A stretch of 64,000 nucleotides of DNA from Azolla caroliniana (lineage: Eukaryota; Plantae; Polypodiophyta), in contig JBHGNT010000016.1 of the NCBI GenBank assembly GCA_043228905.1, positions 11,780,001 through 11,844,000 of the forward strand, written 5' to 3'. Shown here in pieces: positions 26,052 to 39,798 of this stretch (positions within the stretch are counted from its first letter, which is position 1; every line of letters starts with the position of its first letter). The position numbers and the translations under genes were made by a program. The notes beneath the pieces are model-generated. The model saw only the letters and a list, made by a program, of their open reading frames with translations. It was not told where the DNA came from and did not search any database.

Positions 26052-26556
26052 TCTCGGTTCTCGCCACTAAGGGACTCGCGGTTTCGCTCGTGGTTCGGTC
26101 GCACCGTCAGGAACTGGACCGAATGACGCCCGTCCTGACTCTTGACCCTCACGTAAGCCGACCCGTTGTCCAGCACCTTGGTCTCCATCCGTGTTGCCGT
26201 AATGTACGGTTCTCCTAGTATGCCCGGGTGCGAGGACGTCTCCTGCACAAAGAAGTGCTGGTCTATCTCGACGTTGCCGATCCTGATTCGCACGTTTGGG
26301 CAGGCCTCGTGTAGTTCCTCGGTGGCGCGCGTCGCCGCCCGTATTTTCCACCCGTGCTTGGTGTTGATCAGCCATTTCCCCTTCTTGTAGAAGTCCATGG
26401 ACATCAGGTTTATTTCCGAACCGTGGTTCACCAGCGCCGCCTCCACCGGTTCCTGAACATCTCCGATCTTCACCGGGGTTTCTGTGGTCGCTCGGGCCTA
26501 GTGTGGCCTCGAATAGTGGCTCTCCGCCCACTCGTCTTCCAGCGCCATGTCCTCTA

Positions 26557-27211
26557 TGTTGGTAGACAGGTCCCTCCGGATGGGAAGTGAGAAGACCAGT
26601 GCCGACGAACAAACTCGACTGATGAGGAGTACCCGACTGCGGAGAGTCGGATGGTGTAGGCCCGGTATGAACCGGATGAGGAGTACCCGACTGCGGAGAG
26701 CCGAATGGGGAGTACCCGACTGCGGAGAGCCGGATGGAGCCCATCGAGGCTACATTTGTAAATAGCCGAAAAGTCATATTAGTATAAATATGACTTAGGG
26801 CAAACTTTTTAGTTGTAGTTGTTGTCGTTTTATGTTGTTATTATTCTTTCTTGTTGGTGCAAGAAGAAATCAGAGCGCGTAACTGTACAGAGACATACAG
26901 AGAGAGAGAGAGAGAGAGAGACGAGGTCGTTGCCTCTGTTGTAACCGCCGCCTGTGGCGAAGACCTGAGAGCATGAGGTCGTTGCCTCAGTGATCTCACT
27001 GTTGTATATTTCTACATAGTGATAGTTTGCAGCTTGTGGGCTGCCGTGGTTTTTCCCCTATTTTGGGGTTTTCCACGTATACCTCCTGTGTACCATTTCT
27101 CCTCTTTTGTGTCGCGTTTCATTACCTGTTTTTCTGTGTATAAAAAAGAAAAGAAAAAGGAATCAAGGTTGAGGCTGAGCGTCAGACATAAGGAACGTCG
27201 AGTTACCAACA
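26557..27211 (+). repeat. Solo LTR (copia type)
   Basis: TGTTGGTA..TACCAACA inverted termini, TSD CTCTA on both sides; three internal ggagtacccgactgcggagag repeats (26620-26735). Confidence 0.93.
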
Positions 27212-29519
27212 CTCTATGTGCATCGTCCACACCTCCACCGGCCTTTCCGGTTCTGTCTCCGTCGACAACCTCTTCCTCTTCACCAAGTCTACGATGGAGT
27301 CGTGGAACTCCTTCTTGGCGATTCCGAGCACCTCCCGCAACGACAATTCCACCTTGCTGTCGAGGATTCGTTCTTCTAGGACCTTTCGTAGGTCCGTGGT
27401 CCTTTCGATCTCCGTGCCCAACCGGTATCCGCCCTTCTTGTGGTTATCCTGGGCACTGGTCTCACCGGCCTCGTTCTGTTTCGGCCTGAATCGGGTTTCG
27501 TATCTCTGTGAGGGTCCGGCCCCTCCGGTTTTACCTACCCGTTTGTCTTCAACCAGAGCCTCGTAGTTCTGGCAAGCTGCTTGGACGAAACCCGTCTTTT
27601 CTTCGACCGGGTCACTCCACCCGGTTACCTCCTGGACCTGCTTCTCCCCGCGGTCCGCCTCGTCTTTCCTTAGTCGGGCACCAGCGAGGCCTTCCAGCAT
27701 CGTCGGCCAGAACCCGACTTTGCTCTCCTTCCGGGCCTCGCTGCCTCCGACCCGAACACCGGCTGACGCCGAGTAGTGGACGGTCTCCGCGTGCCGGGCC
27801 GCCGCCTCTTCCATAAGCCTTTTCATTCCTCCTCGCCCGTCGTTTCAGTTCAGGGCCCTCCGGGTATCGCTGGCGTGCACCCGACCTTCCCACAGGTACA
27901 CTACCCGGCTTCTTAAAGCCTCCGCAAAGTCCCCGCAGTCTTTCCGGATGTGGCCGCCCTTGTCGCACCACATGCACCTATTTCCTGCCAGAGGCCGTCG
28001 GTCACGAGCCTGTTCGCCGCCTTCCCTTCGAGCCTGGGCGATCTGGAGATCTTTTACCGCCCGTGTCAACTCCTCCAAAGCTGTTCCCCCGGACGAGCCT
28101 CTGACCACGCCGGTCGAAGCCGAACCGGTTTCGAGCCACTCCCGGGTCTCTTCCCTTCGTGCCTGTGGTATCGGTTCGAGCTTCCTTGCTGCGACAGGAC
28201 CCGCCCCGGTCGCCCCTGTATCAGCCCACTCCCGCCGTTTGTCAAAATGGCCGCAGACTCTTTTTACCGCGGCCCAGTCGGCCGTCAGCCCGTCTTCGGT
28301 TTCCAGTAAGGAGCCCACTTGCTCCCGATCCCGTGCGTCAACCGATTTGACAAACAGTAGGACACGACTTGTGTCCAGAACGGTCCGATCGAGCGCCAAA
28401 AGGCGCGCAAAGCGTTCCTCAAACTCCCGGAGGAGTACCGACGCATTTCTTCCTTTGTTGGGGGACTCCACCCACTCCATGAAGCCCCGCTTCGAAAGTC
28501 GAAGCGCGACATCCAGCCCTATTTCTCCAGGAGCCGTCCTTCGAACTCCTCCCAGGTCCGGCTCTCCGCCCGAACCTCGAGCACCTCTGCATGTATGCCC
28601 GGCATCGCCACTCGAGGGAATCCGGAAAGACGCCTCTCTTTCGGAATATCCCTCATCAACATATCCGCCCGGTAGGACGCCAAATAACTCGTGGCATCCT
28701 TTCCACTGAACCGGCCGATCGTACCGACGATCGTCTCAATAGCCCTGTCAAGGGCGCCGGTGCCCTCGCGCGCGCTCACTATCCGGTCCACGGCCGAAGC
28801 CATGGCCTCTGCAAGATCCGACCCCCTCATCTTCTGCTCCTCTGCCGCCTTGTTCATGTCGGGTTCACCAAAGATATCGCGTTACTACGCGCGTGCGTGG
28901 AGAAACGAGGCGGGACCACCGAGGTCTTGAACCGAAGAGCAAGTGATAGAAGGGGAAAGAGAAAGAGAGAGACGCCCGGTTACGTATGAGCAAAGAAACA
29001 CAGGGACACGGCCCATCAATGCGGAAGACACGAATGGACACAGAGACAGAGAGACACGAATGTTTGTATATTAACGAATGACACATAAACAACAGAGCAC
29101 GCGAGCGGTTACAACCGAACAGGCCGGCGAACAGATGCCGATGCCTGCTCGTCTGCGCACGAAAGGGGATAGGATGGAGGTGCTGCCGGAAGCACACGTG
29201 CGTTCCTCGAACCAGCGCGAGCCTCCCGAAAACCTGCAAAGAAGAGTGATGGAGAACGAACGGAAGAGAAGCGTTCGGTTTCGGTCCGACATCACTTCGT
29301 CCTCCTCAATGCCTTCCCTTCTCCCCGCGTCTCCCTCTCTTTTATAGCTTCAAGAAGGGAGCCGTTTCCCTCATTAACTTCCTACCTACCGAATCTAACT
29401 ACCTAGGATATACCTTTGTACCTAATTCTCTATTATATACATTAAAGGGTGCGCATGTGTGAAGAGCCGGTTCACGCGCTATGCACCGATTACGCTAAGG
29501 GACGGTTTTCTTCACGACA

Positions 29520-32500
29520 ATGTGAAATGAAAATTTACGGCCCAACAAATAGTGCCGGAACTTCGTGACACTATAAATCATCCCCAAGGCTTCTCTCTCC
29601 GTTGTGGAATAATTTCGTTCCGCTTGTGACAGTTTTCGGCTCGCATTACCACTTGGGTTCGGTCAGGTACATAAGTGCGTTGCCGATTGCTATGTCTGAC
29701 GCATCGATGAACACATGAAACTCTTTGGACCAGTCTGGGGGTTGTACTACCGGTGCTTGCGATAGTAGTACTTTTAGCGCGCGGTAAGCGTCTTCCTTTG
29801 TAGCCGTCCATTGAAACGGTGTTTGGTGAACCGCAGCATGCAACGGTGTTGCAAGATCTGCCAAATACCAGAGCATCCGGCTATGCCACCGGATTTGTCC
29901 TAAGAATTTGCTTAATGCTTTGGCCATTGTTGGTGTTGGTGCCTCCAGAATTTCCCTGACTTTGTCCGGGTCTACTGCTATCCTGTCCTTGCTGACAATA
30001 TGGCCAAGTAGTGTACTACTAGCCACCCCGAATACACACTTTGCCGGGTTCAAGCTTAGCCGGTACCCCTTGCATTTTTCTAGGCATAACCGGAGATGGT
30101 CCAGGTGCTCCCCTTGCCGGCTATACACCGCGAAGTCGTCTAGGAACACCTACATAAACGCCGAGATGAACTCTCCACATATTTCCATGATTATCCATTG
30201 AAAGGTCGTCGACGCCGTCTTGAGTCCAAACATCATCACTACGGCAACAAAAACTCCCCACTCGGTAACGAACGTCGTGTTTTCTTGGTCATCGGTGTGC
30301 ATCCGTATTTGATTGTAACCGTTGAATTTGTCTAGGAAGCTATATACCTCATGATTGATGACCGTGTCCAGAACTCCATCCGTGAATGGAAGTGGAAAGG
30401 CATCGGTCACCGTCGCGACATTCAGTTTTCGGTAATCGACGCACACCCAGATCTTCCTGTTCTTTTTTGGCAAGACTACTATCGGACTCAACCATGTGTC
30501 TTTCTTTACCGGCCGAATAAAACCGACTCGGAGTAACTTGTCGATTTCTTCTTTTACCCTTATCGCATAATTAGGGTTCATTCGGTAGCGCCTTTGTGCT
30601 ACCGGTTTTGCGTCTTTGCGGAGATGTATCTGGTGTTGATATAGTTGTAGATCCAACCCTTGCATATCCTCATAGGACCAGGCGAATACGTCCCGGAATT
30701 CTTTCAATAGTGTAATCATTGCCATTTTGTTTTCCACTGACATTTCTTTGGCAATATGTACCGGTTGTGCTTCCTCTCCAATTCCTAAGTTTACTTCTTC
30801 TAGCTGGGATTCCTTGACCCTGTGAGATACCGCCATTTCCCGTTCCAAGGCCTCCTGTGCTTGACGTAGTTCTCTGATGGCATCTTTATCCGGTTCCTCT
30901 CCGACATCTCCCGGTTGTGCAATATAGGGAGAAACTGCTTCTGCCATATCTATTTCAAACAAGGGTACGATTTTTGGATTATCCTTGAGATACTGATCGA
31001 CTTCCTCGTCGGCGAGTCCTTCCAGCAGATTAACGCTTTCAACGTATAACGGTGTTAGCTCTTTGCCGGTTCCGGTTTGTGGATGTGTCGGTACCCGTAC
31101 TTTGGTTTTGCCTCGTCGAAACGTAATCACGTTCTTCCGCCAATTCTACTTAATGTGCGCCGTCTGCAACCATGGTCGTCCATAGTGGGTAAGCCCCTTG
31201 GGTATTTAACTGGAGAACCACCAGAGAAATGCGGAATGCATGTCCTCCAATTGTTACCTCTAGATCTCGTATTAAACCGGTGGGTCTTACCGAACTCATA
31301 TCTGCCATCCGGAGCCAAAACGGGCAAGGCTCCCACTCCTGGATTCCCAGGGTGTCACAAGTACGGAGGCTTATTACATTGACGCCCGATCCTCCGTTGA
31401 CGATCGTCCCTGGTAGCTCGCGTCCTTTGACAAGGACAATGATTGCCAGACTGCTTGTGTCCGCCACCGCCGACCCTTCCTCTGGGTTGGAAAAGAAAGG
31501 TGGAGCCGGCGACAAGTTTGGTGGTGTTATTGCCGATTTCAGCCCATCCGTGAACCGCGGTACTAATTGTAGTAGCCGGCCTAATGGCAACATAATTTGA
31601 CATTCCTCTAACACCTGTCATGTTGGGTTTTCTGGCTGGAATGTGTCGGTGAGCTCCGTTGGTGCTGCCTTTTGTTGTTTGACTTCAGCCACATTACGTT
31701 TGTTCGCCTTCTCTACCCATTCCGTGGCTTGTTTCCGGATAGCCTCTTGTGCTTCCCACTCCGTCGTCTTTCCTTTTGACCTGGTGGTGACTTGCTGTAT
31801 ATCTGTGACCTCTGCTACCACCAAATTGACTACCGGTCGCTTTTTGTTACTTTTCACCGGGCATTGGTTGTTGTAATGGCCTTCCTATCGGCAATAATAA
31901 CAATACGCTTTCCGGGTATTGCTGGATTCTGCTTTCGGTTTGGTACTTGGTTGAAATCCTGTTGCTGGTCTATTAGGCTCTTCCGTTCGCCTTTGTTCTA
32001 GCTAGGTGTCACTCAAGCCTCTCTCCGGCTCTCGTGGGTATTCCTTCGCCGGTTCCCGACGCTCCTCCTTTCGGTTGTTTCGTTTCTTATTAAAACGTCG
32101 GTCATTCTTGTATCCTTGTCGGCGGCGATCTTCGTAATCCCCGCGTCGATCCTCTCTCCTCCGGTTGTAACTCGGAGAGTGATCGCGATCAAAACGGTCA
32201 CCATTATAATCCTGGTACTTGTCGTACCAGTCCCGGTCATAAGTGTCCCTTCGGTCGTTGTATCGGACATCCTGTATTGGCCGGTAACGCTTGTCTCGAT
32301 GCCAACGTTCTTCTTCCTCTTCCCGGTCACTACGGGTATCGATTTGTCTTACCAGTGCCGCTTGCCGATTCAGCAAGTTATATTCGCATTGGTCCATTGT
32401 GTGCGACCTGGAATGACATAACATGCACTGTGACCGCATGGTACATTCTATTGTAGAGTGCCTGGCATTGAGACAAGTTGTACATTGTACAACTTGCCGA

Positions 32501-32924
32501 AAACGTAGGTTTTCTTCTAATGCTAGAGGGCCCCCATTGTTAGCCACGAGCTTGTTTTCTCCATCTCCCTGACCCGGTCGATCGTGCTAGTGCGGAAATC
32601 AATGACTGCGCACACCGTATGCAGGGGTTCCCGGAGTGCTGCTAGGAATATTGCTTTAGCCTCAGCTTCCGGTGGTGCCCGACTTAGTTGGTTGTGCATC
32701 CGCTGGAACCGAATTACGAATTGCTGAATGGTTTTCGTAGGTTCTTGCCGTATAGTGTAGAATAGGTCAACCATCTCCCGTTGATCCACCTCATTGTGGA
32801 AGAACTGTAAAAATCTAGTTTTCAAGTCCTCAAACGTAGTTATGGTGTTGGAATTGTAAAAATCTGGTTTTCCGCCGCCTGGTGGTACGCTTCGCGCTTC
32901 TGCAGTCGTTCGACGAGTCGTCAC
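29520..32924 (-). pseudogene. gag-PR-RT-RH of the Athila-like element
   Basis: TFEDLKTRFLQFF (gag), three Cys/His knuckles, IVNGGSGVN (PR), DVFAWSYEDM, CVDYRKLN, FLDDF, FIDASD. Confidence 0.92.
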
Positions 32925-33017
32925 GCTCGCTTTATTGCTGGGTCGTTTGTTGGTCTAGTCATCCAAGCCCCCTGCTGTTCACTACGCTTGAGCAGGAATC
33001 GTGGTCACCAAAAACTG

Positions 33018-33475
33018 TGTTACTCCTTGGGCCGAACTAGCCCTAACACAGGGTGCCCCTTAGGACACTTCACCAAAGGGTGGCGCAAGTGGGGTAGGCG
33101 TAGACCGTAATACAACGTATTCCTTACTGGCTACTAACCAGTGTGGTCAATGATCGTAATACATGCGTAAGATAGATTATAGTAAGCACAGAACGGTAAT
33201 TAACTAAGCTTCAAAGATTAGACCAGATGTAGAACAACAACACTTTCATTAATAAACCGCTATCTGATTACAAATCGACCAGGTCCTTTTATAGGTCATC
33301 GGTTCTAGGTACGAACCGATGCCAATCAGCAACCGGCCACGAACCGGGACGGATCCGAATCGGCATACCGATCCCGGGTCCGTCCATTCTCTTCAATAAT
33401 TATAGATTAATTCTAAAATAAATATCCCTTCCCCATTCTGGACTTTATCCGGCTTGTAAGTCTTGCCGGTCAACA
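33018..33475 (-). repeat. 5' LTR of the Athila-like element
   Basis: First ~250 bp match 15999-16250; ends TCAACA before the TSD. Confidence 0.92.
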
Positions 33476-33480
33476 ATTCC

Positions 33481-33867
33481 TAACAAAGTGGTATCAGAGA
33501 GATGGAAGTCTCATTCGGCGGCATGTTTAAGCTAACCGGCTCCAACTACTCAGTGTGGAAGTCAAAGATGAGAGACATGCTCGTGTGCAAAGACCTCTAG
33601 CTGTCAGTGAAGTTCAGAGATAAAAGACCAGACAAGATCAATGCAGCGACTTGGGAAGTGTTGCATCTGAAGGCGGTCGCATATATAAGGTGTTTTATAG
33701 ACATGAGTCTATACAACAACTTTGGTGAAGAAATAGAAGCAGACGTCCTATGGAAGAAGATCAACATCATGTTTGAAAACAAGAACGTCGTGAACCGTGT
33801 CTCAATATTTCGAAAAATCGTCAGGCTTTGGTACCAGGATGGCTCCAGTATGGCGGAGCACATCAAT
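33481..33867 (+). pseudogene. Copia LTR end, Met PBS (33489-33499) and gag N-terminus
   Basis: taaca-aag-tggtatcagag, then MEVSFGGMFKLTGSNYSVWKSKMRDML..; interrupted at 33868. Confidence 0.9.
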
Positions 33868-36800
33868 TGTTAAGAGTCTATTACTAATCAATAGATCAAA
33901 CTAAAGTAAAAGAAGGAAAATAGAATGGATAGAAGAACCTGTTCCACCCGACCACTTTCAAGCTATGATCTAGACATAGCCAACCTACAACTGACGTTCC
34001 ATACCGCCGGATATTAGGATGACTAATACCTTGGAAGAGATAAACACAATCGTCGAGACGAAAGCCTAGCCCACACCACCGGTGTCTAAGACAACAACCT
34101 TCCGACGTAATGTCCTTATGAGGGTAGCTAAGCCTCATATTTATACCTTTTCCTAGGCCCTTGGAATAGATGTGTCTTTCTAAAAGTCTCTCCATTCATT
34201 GATTGTCCAAATCATGATAGTGCATGCATCTATCATTCCTTCTATCCAATCATTAGTCCCCTTTTTAACATTAGTGATCATACCCTTCACTAATGTAAAT
34301 ATTAGTGAGCTACCCTCACCAATGTTATGTGTACATAACATACTCCCCTACTTCAGAAGATTGCACTCTTGCAATATAAAGTGAGGAAATTGTGCCTTAA
34401 GAGTATGCTTGTGTTCCCATGTGGCATCATCAATAGGTTTATCCATCCATTTGATCTTGAATAGCCGAATCTCTTTAGAACGTAAACGTTTAGTTCGAGA
34501 ATCAAGAATTCGTTGAGGAATATGAGGTTTGTGAGAAAAATCCTCTAATGTTACAAGATCTTGGATTGTGATGGTGTTATCACTAGAGCCTAAAAATGGT
34601 TTTAGACGACTAACGTGAAAAACAGGATGAATACCAACGTTACGGGGTAAGGCAAGGTGATAAGTAGATGACCCAACCTGCTTAAGGATTTCAAATGGGC
34701 CACAATATCGTGGGGCTAACTTAGCGCACTTACCCATAGACAATGACGTAGAGTCAGTACGGACACGCAAAAACACTTTTTGACCAATAGTAAATGCACG
34801 AGGACATCTATCCTGATAAGCATAAAATCGAGAACGATCTTGAGCCGTCTTGACATTCTCTTTGGCAATATGCAACATTTGGTTCATGTCTTGCAAAAAA
34901 TTGCGTGTACTGTCTAATGTATCACGATGAATCGTGACATCAACTAGGGCACGTGGCTGAAAACCATACATCAACATACAAGGACTATATCCAGTGGATG
35001 TATGTTTAGAGTTATTATAGGCAAATTCTAAGATAGGAAGGTATTACTCCCACTTAGAAGGGGTTTTTGCTGCATAAGCTTGAAGCATGTCCTCAATAAT
35101 TTGATTAACTCGTTCAGTTGACATCAGATTGAGGATGATTTGCGGAACTCATCCTCAACGTAGTTTCTAGTTTCTTAAAGACCTGAGTCCAAAAATCACT
35201 AGTAAACTTGGAATCTCGATCACTAACAATATCCATTGGTAATCCATAAAAGTGAAATAACTCATCAACAAATTGATAAGCCAATTGTTGAGTAGTTATC
35301 GTGGTTTTGGTAGGAATAAATCTAGCCAATTTTATTAGTCTGTCAATGACAACCCAAATGGCATCATGACCTCTCTGTGTACGAGGTAAACTAACAATAA
35401 AATCCATCGAGATACTTTCCCATTTGTTGTTGGGAATATCTAAGGGATGTAAAAGACCCACAGCTTTAAGTCGTTCCGACTTATTAATCTGACATTGTAA
35501 GCATTGAGTTACGTATTTATGCATGTCAGAGCGCATCTTAGGCCAGAAAAAGTACTCGAGATGAGAATGAGTGTGCGTTGTATTCCAGGATGACCAGCAG
35601 ATGGTGCATCATGACATTCATGAAGAATTTTCTGTTTTACATTTGGTAAATCTGGAACATAGACCTTTCCACTATGGTAGAGCAAACCATTTCTAATGTG
35701 AAAGGTTGCCTTCGAGGGTAGGGTGCTAGTATCGGCATCTAAACTAGATTCAGCTTTCGTCCAGTATTTCGAAAAATAACTATCATCAAGGTATTTCCCT
35801 CAAAGGTGATCTAAAAGATCAGATTTTATTTCCGTGAAGCTAAGCATGTTAACTTCTTTAATGCGACTAAGAGCATCCGCAACAGTGTTCATAGAACCCT
35901 TGTGATACCATATGGAAAAATCAAAATCTTGCATAAGGTCAGCCCAACGGCCTTTACAACCAACAAGATCTGGCTGGTCACAAAAATACTTCAATGATTG
36001 ATGGTCTGTTGTAACCACAAATTTATTTCCATAAAGATTGTGCCTCCATGTTTTAAATGCATGTATTACTGCAAACAACTCTTTCTCTTGAACCGAATAC
36101 TAAGATTGAACAACATCAAGCTTCTTACTTTCAAAAGCAATAGGGTGACCGCCTTGATAAAGAACGACACCAATAGCATAATCACTAGCATCGGTTTCGA
36201 TTGAGAAAGGCTTAGAAGGGTCCGGTAATAGAAGAGTGGGAGCCTGACACACGTGCTTTTTAAGCGTCTCAAATGATTTGTCAAGTTGTTCATTCCATGC
36301 AATTGGTTTGACAGACTTACGTGGATGACCTTTTAAAAGGTTAGTTATTGGCGTAGTCAATTTGGAATAGCTACGAATTGATTTTCGTAAAAATTCAACA
36401 AACCCTAAGAATGATCGCACTTCATGAATATTACGAGGAATGGGCCAAAGTTTAACCTTTTCAATACGAAAGGTTCAATTTTAACACCATTTTCCGTAAT
36501 TAAATGACCTAGGTACACAATAGATTTTTGGAAAAAATCACATTTTGAATGTTTTGCATAGAAAGAGTTGTCACGCAACTTTTGCAAAACAAATCGAACA
36601 TGTTGAACATGATCTTGCAAGGTATGACTATATATCAAAATATCATCCAAGAAGATGACAACAAAATCATCGAGTTGATCTTGGAAAACGTCATTCATCG
36701 CTTGTTGGAATGTGGCTGGAGCATTAGTCAACCCGAAATGCATGACTAAAAACTCATAATGGCCATAGTGAATACAAAAAGAGGTTTTAGGAATATCATC

Positions 36801-39798
36801 CCCGGCAATGCGAATCTGATGATAACCTGTTCGTAAGTCAATTTTCGTAAAATATCGAGCCCCATGCAAACGATCAATCAAATCATCGGCACGAGGGAAC
36901 GGGTATGCATTTTTAATTGTCATTTTATTCAAATGGCGATAATTGATACATGTCCGCCATGAACCTTCCTTCTTCTTTACTAATAGAACTGGTGCACCCC
37001 AAGGTGCTTTAGTATACCTAATGTGGCCCATACTGAAGTATTCCTTAAGTTGTTTAGAGATCTCATTCACTTCTAATTGACTAAGTCGGTAAGGTGGAAT
37101 GCTCACAGGAGTAACACCGGGGATGAGTTCAATTTGATGGTCCACATTACGTTTTGGTGGTAAAGTAAGCGGCAATTCGTTAGAGTGTGGCCCCGCTTCT
37201 TGCAATATGCATAGAAGAGGTTAGGTTTCTTGGAGTCGTGGTCAAGAGTGTCATTGGATTGCTTATGTTTCCCAATGAACTTGACATTCGGAGTTTTGGC
37301 GAACTTAGGTTTATTGTGGTCTTTCTTGGAAGTCCTATGGTACTGAAGTACAATGTTGACGGCTTCCTCAAAAGTTGTGGGGTCCTTGTCATGGAAAATC
37401 CAATGGTAATCCCCATTAGGAATACCATTCAAAAAGCAAGCAACAAACCATTTCTCACCCGTAAGTCCCGATTTTTGGATCTGGGTCCGAGCATGATGTA
37501 CATAATCCTCGAGAGAGGCAAATGGCTTACTCGACAACGTGAGCAAGTGTTGTGCTTGTTCAGTTTGAGAAGGTGGCCGCAAAAACTGTTTCTTAAAAAC
37601 ATCAACGAAACCTTCCCAAGTTGTGGGTAAGTTCTTTGCAGTCCTTAGGCTGCGCCACCAAGCAGCAGCTTAGCCACCTAACTCACGATCGACATAACCA
37701 ATTTTTATAGCATCGGCCTTGGGGTGGAGCTCAAAGTGAGACTCCCAATGACCAAGCCAAGTGCTAATGGCCTCCTCAGTTCTTTCTTTCTTATCTCCCT
37801 TTAATGGCATTACTACAAAAGAAGGCTCACCTTCTTTCTTGGACTCAATAGTCAATTCTTGGAATTTCTTTTCCAATGCCATATTGGCCTGCCTCATTTC
37901 AGCCAATTGATTCAAGGTGGTAGTGAGCAATTGCTCAATAGTGATCTCAGCTTGTGTGGGAGATGCGGATTGGAGTTGAGAGGTCTTGGTCGGAGAGATT
38001 GCTCCAACAACGTTCAAAACTTGTTCCATGATGCAAGTTGTGGTTATGCAATATAAATAAGGAGGTTCAGAAAATACACAAGCAAAATGAATGCTTGAAA
38101 TTTTGATTGGAAGAACTTTACCAAGAAAGCATCTCACGTATTTACCCCTCTAGACATATGAGATGTGATTCGAGATCCGATAACTATGGTAACACTATGG
38201 TGTTTTAAAAACCATGGGGGCAAACATAGCTAAGATGTCTTTCTCGGATCTCTATCTTGAGTAATCATGGCGGCTCCCCGAGGCTCAACCATGGTTCCAA
38301 CATCAATGTAATTTCCTAGTTAGCCTTATATTAATGCCAACCCAACATGTATTGATATGGTTGAGAAAGTGTATTACGTGAAAAAAACAAGTGCACTTGC
38401 AAGTAATATTTTAGTCTTGCGAGTAACAAGCAAATGTGATGATAAAAATGATAAAATAAGGCACTACGCATTAGGGCCAAGTAGTGACGAAAACAAGGGT
38501 CAAAAAACCCATGTGCTACCTACTAAAAAAACAATGTCAGAAATAAATGGGAGGTGCGAGGTATGCACATATACATCCCAATATGATGGTTGTAATTTGC
38601 ACAATTGTGACATAAGCCACAAATTGATACGCAAAGATGTGGTACTCAAATCCATGAAGAAACATCAATAGAGGAACTCATGTGGTTTTACTTGAGTTCT
38701 AAGGCTCGATAATATGAGTTAAACGTAGATGATCCATTGGAAAAAATTGTTAATAAAAAACGGCATGATGCCGACTCCATACGAAAAAAATAGTCTACAC
38801 AAAAGCGTTACATCATAGGTAAACACACGCAAATACTTTATACACGAAAAGGAAGGGGAAAAAGGAGAGTTAATTGTGGGCAAAAAAACAATAATTACGA
38901 GATAATCATATAAGTGAAATGATAATTTGTGGAATTAGAAATTAATTAGATTAATAAACAATTAGGTGTATGGAACATTAAGCACGCCTTAAGGTACGAA
39001 ACCCTAGAGTAGTCGGCATGCACCTCCTCAAGGCCACCACATCTCTCTAGAATCGGCGAAGTGATGGCTCAATAAAGAGTAAAGTGACATATACCTCATC
39101 AAGGCCACAACATCCCATAGAATCGGCCAAGTGATGACTCAATAGAGAGTAGAGTGGCATAGGTAGGCGACATACACCTTGTCATGGCCACAACATCCCA
39201 TAGACTTGGCCAAGTGATGGCTCAATAGAGGGAAGAGTGGCATACTCAACATCATATGCAAAAGGGCCATGAGGTGAGCGTGTGTGATTAGGGCAAACAC
39301 GCTCGACCCAATGCACAACAATAATTAATATCGTAAGAGAAGGTTCAAGAGAGGGGAGCATAGGAGATACATCCCAATATACAACAGGGTCATGAGTTGA
39401 GTGTGTGCGATTAGTGCAAACATGCTCGGCCCGATGCACAATAATAATTAAAATTGCATCGTGGTAGAAAGAAGAAAGAAAAGAAAAGAAAACGTAATAC
39501 AAATTTGATTTGACCAACAAGAACACATCATAGAAAGAAGAGAGATTGAGAAAGAAGAATACCGGGTTTAGAGTGTTGTTTTGATCATGAAAAGAGCATG
39601 ACGAGCCTTGTTAGATCCCCATCGCTCACACGCAAAGAATATCAAAACAACAATTTTTTTTTGTTAAGAGTCTATTTCTAATCAATAGAACAAACTAAAG
39701 TAAAAGAAGGAAAATAGAATGGATAGAAGAACACGTTCCACCCGACCACCCCCGAGCTATGATCTAGATATAGCCAACCTACCACCAACGTCCCATAC
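33868..39798 (-). mobile_element. Chromovirus (gypsy with chromodomain integrase), protease deleted
   Basis: 3' LTR 33868-34340 with PPT gaagtaggggag; partial 5' LTR 39662-39798; RT (FLDDILIYS), RH (ETDASD), INT, chromodomain (RILDSR..FKIKW..DATWE); gag knuckle fused straight to the RT leader near 37165. Confidence 0.93.
39025..39455. repeat. Tandem repeats in the chromovirus 5' leader
   Basis: Three ~70-80 bp units (ggccacaacatcccatagaatcggccaagtgatggctcaatagag) and two ~120 bp units. Confidence 0.8.

Larger units (their letters stand above)
18341..29519 (-). mobile_element. Trp-primed gypsy element, copy A1
   Basis: LTRs 18341-18758 (internally deleted) and 28875-29519; 4-bp TSD ACGT/ATGT whose removal restores host KFSFHVDH; PBS 28853-28870; PPT 18759-18772; gag-PR-RT(FLDD)-RH-INT. 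Confidence 0.95.
15999..33475 (-). mobile_element. Athila-like non-chromovirus gypsy element (no aRH), host of nested insertions
   Basis: TSD ATTCC (15994-15998, 33476-33480); 5' LTR 33018-33475; 3' LTR 15999-~16250 truncated by deletion; PBS tggtgaccac (33001-33010, tRNA-Arg-like); gag, knuckles, PR, RT (FLDDF), RH, INT. Confidence 0.93.

Noticed and set aside
25320-28709. Long antisense ORFs opposite gag/pol (also 59423-60196 and 60895-61704)
   Set aside because: Expected shadows of GC-rich coding strands; no recognisable domains and not evident in the AT-richer copy B.
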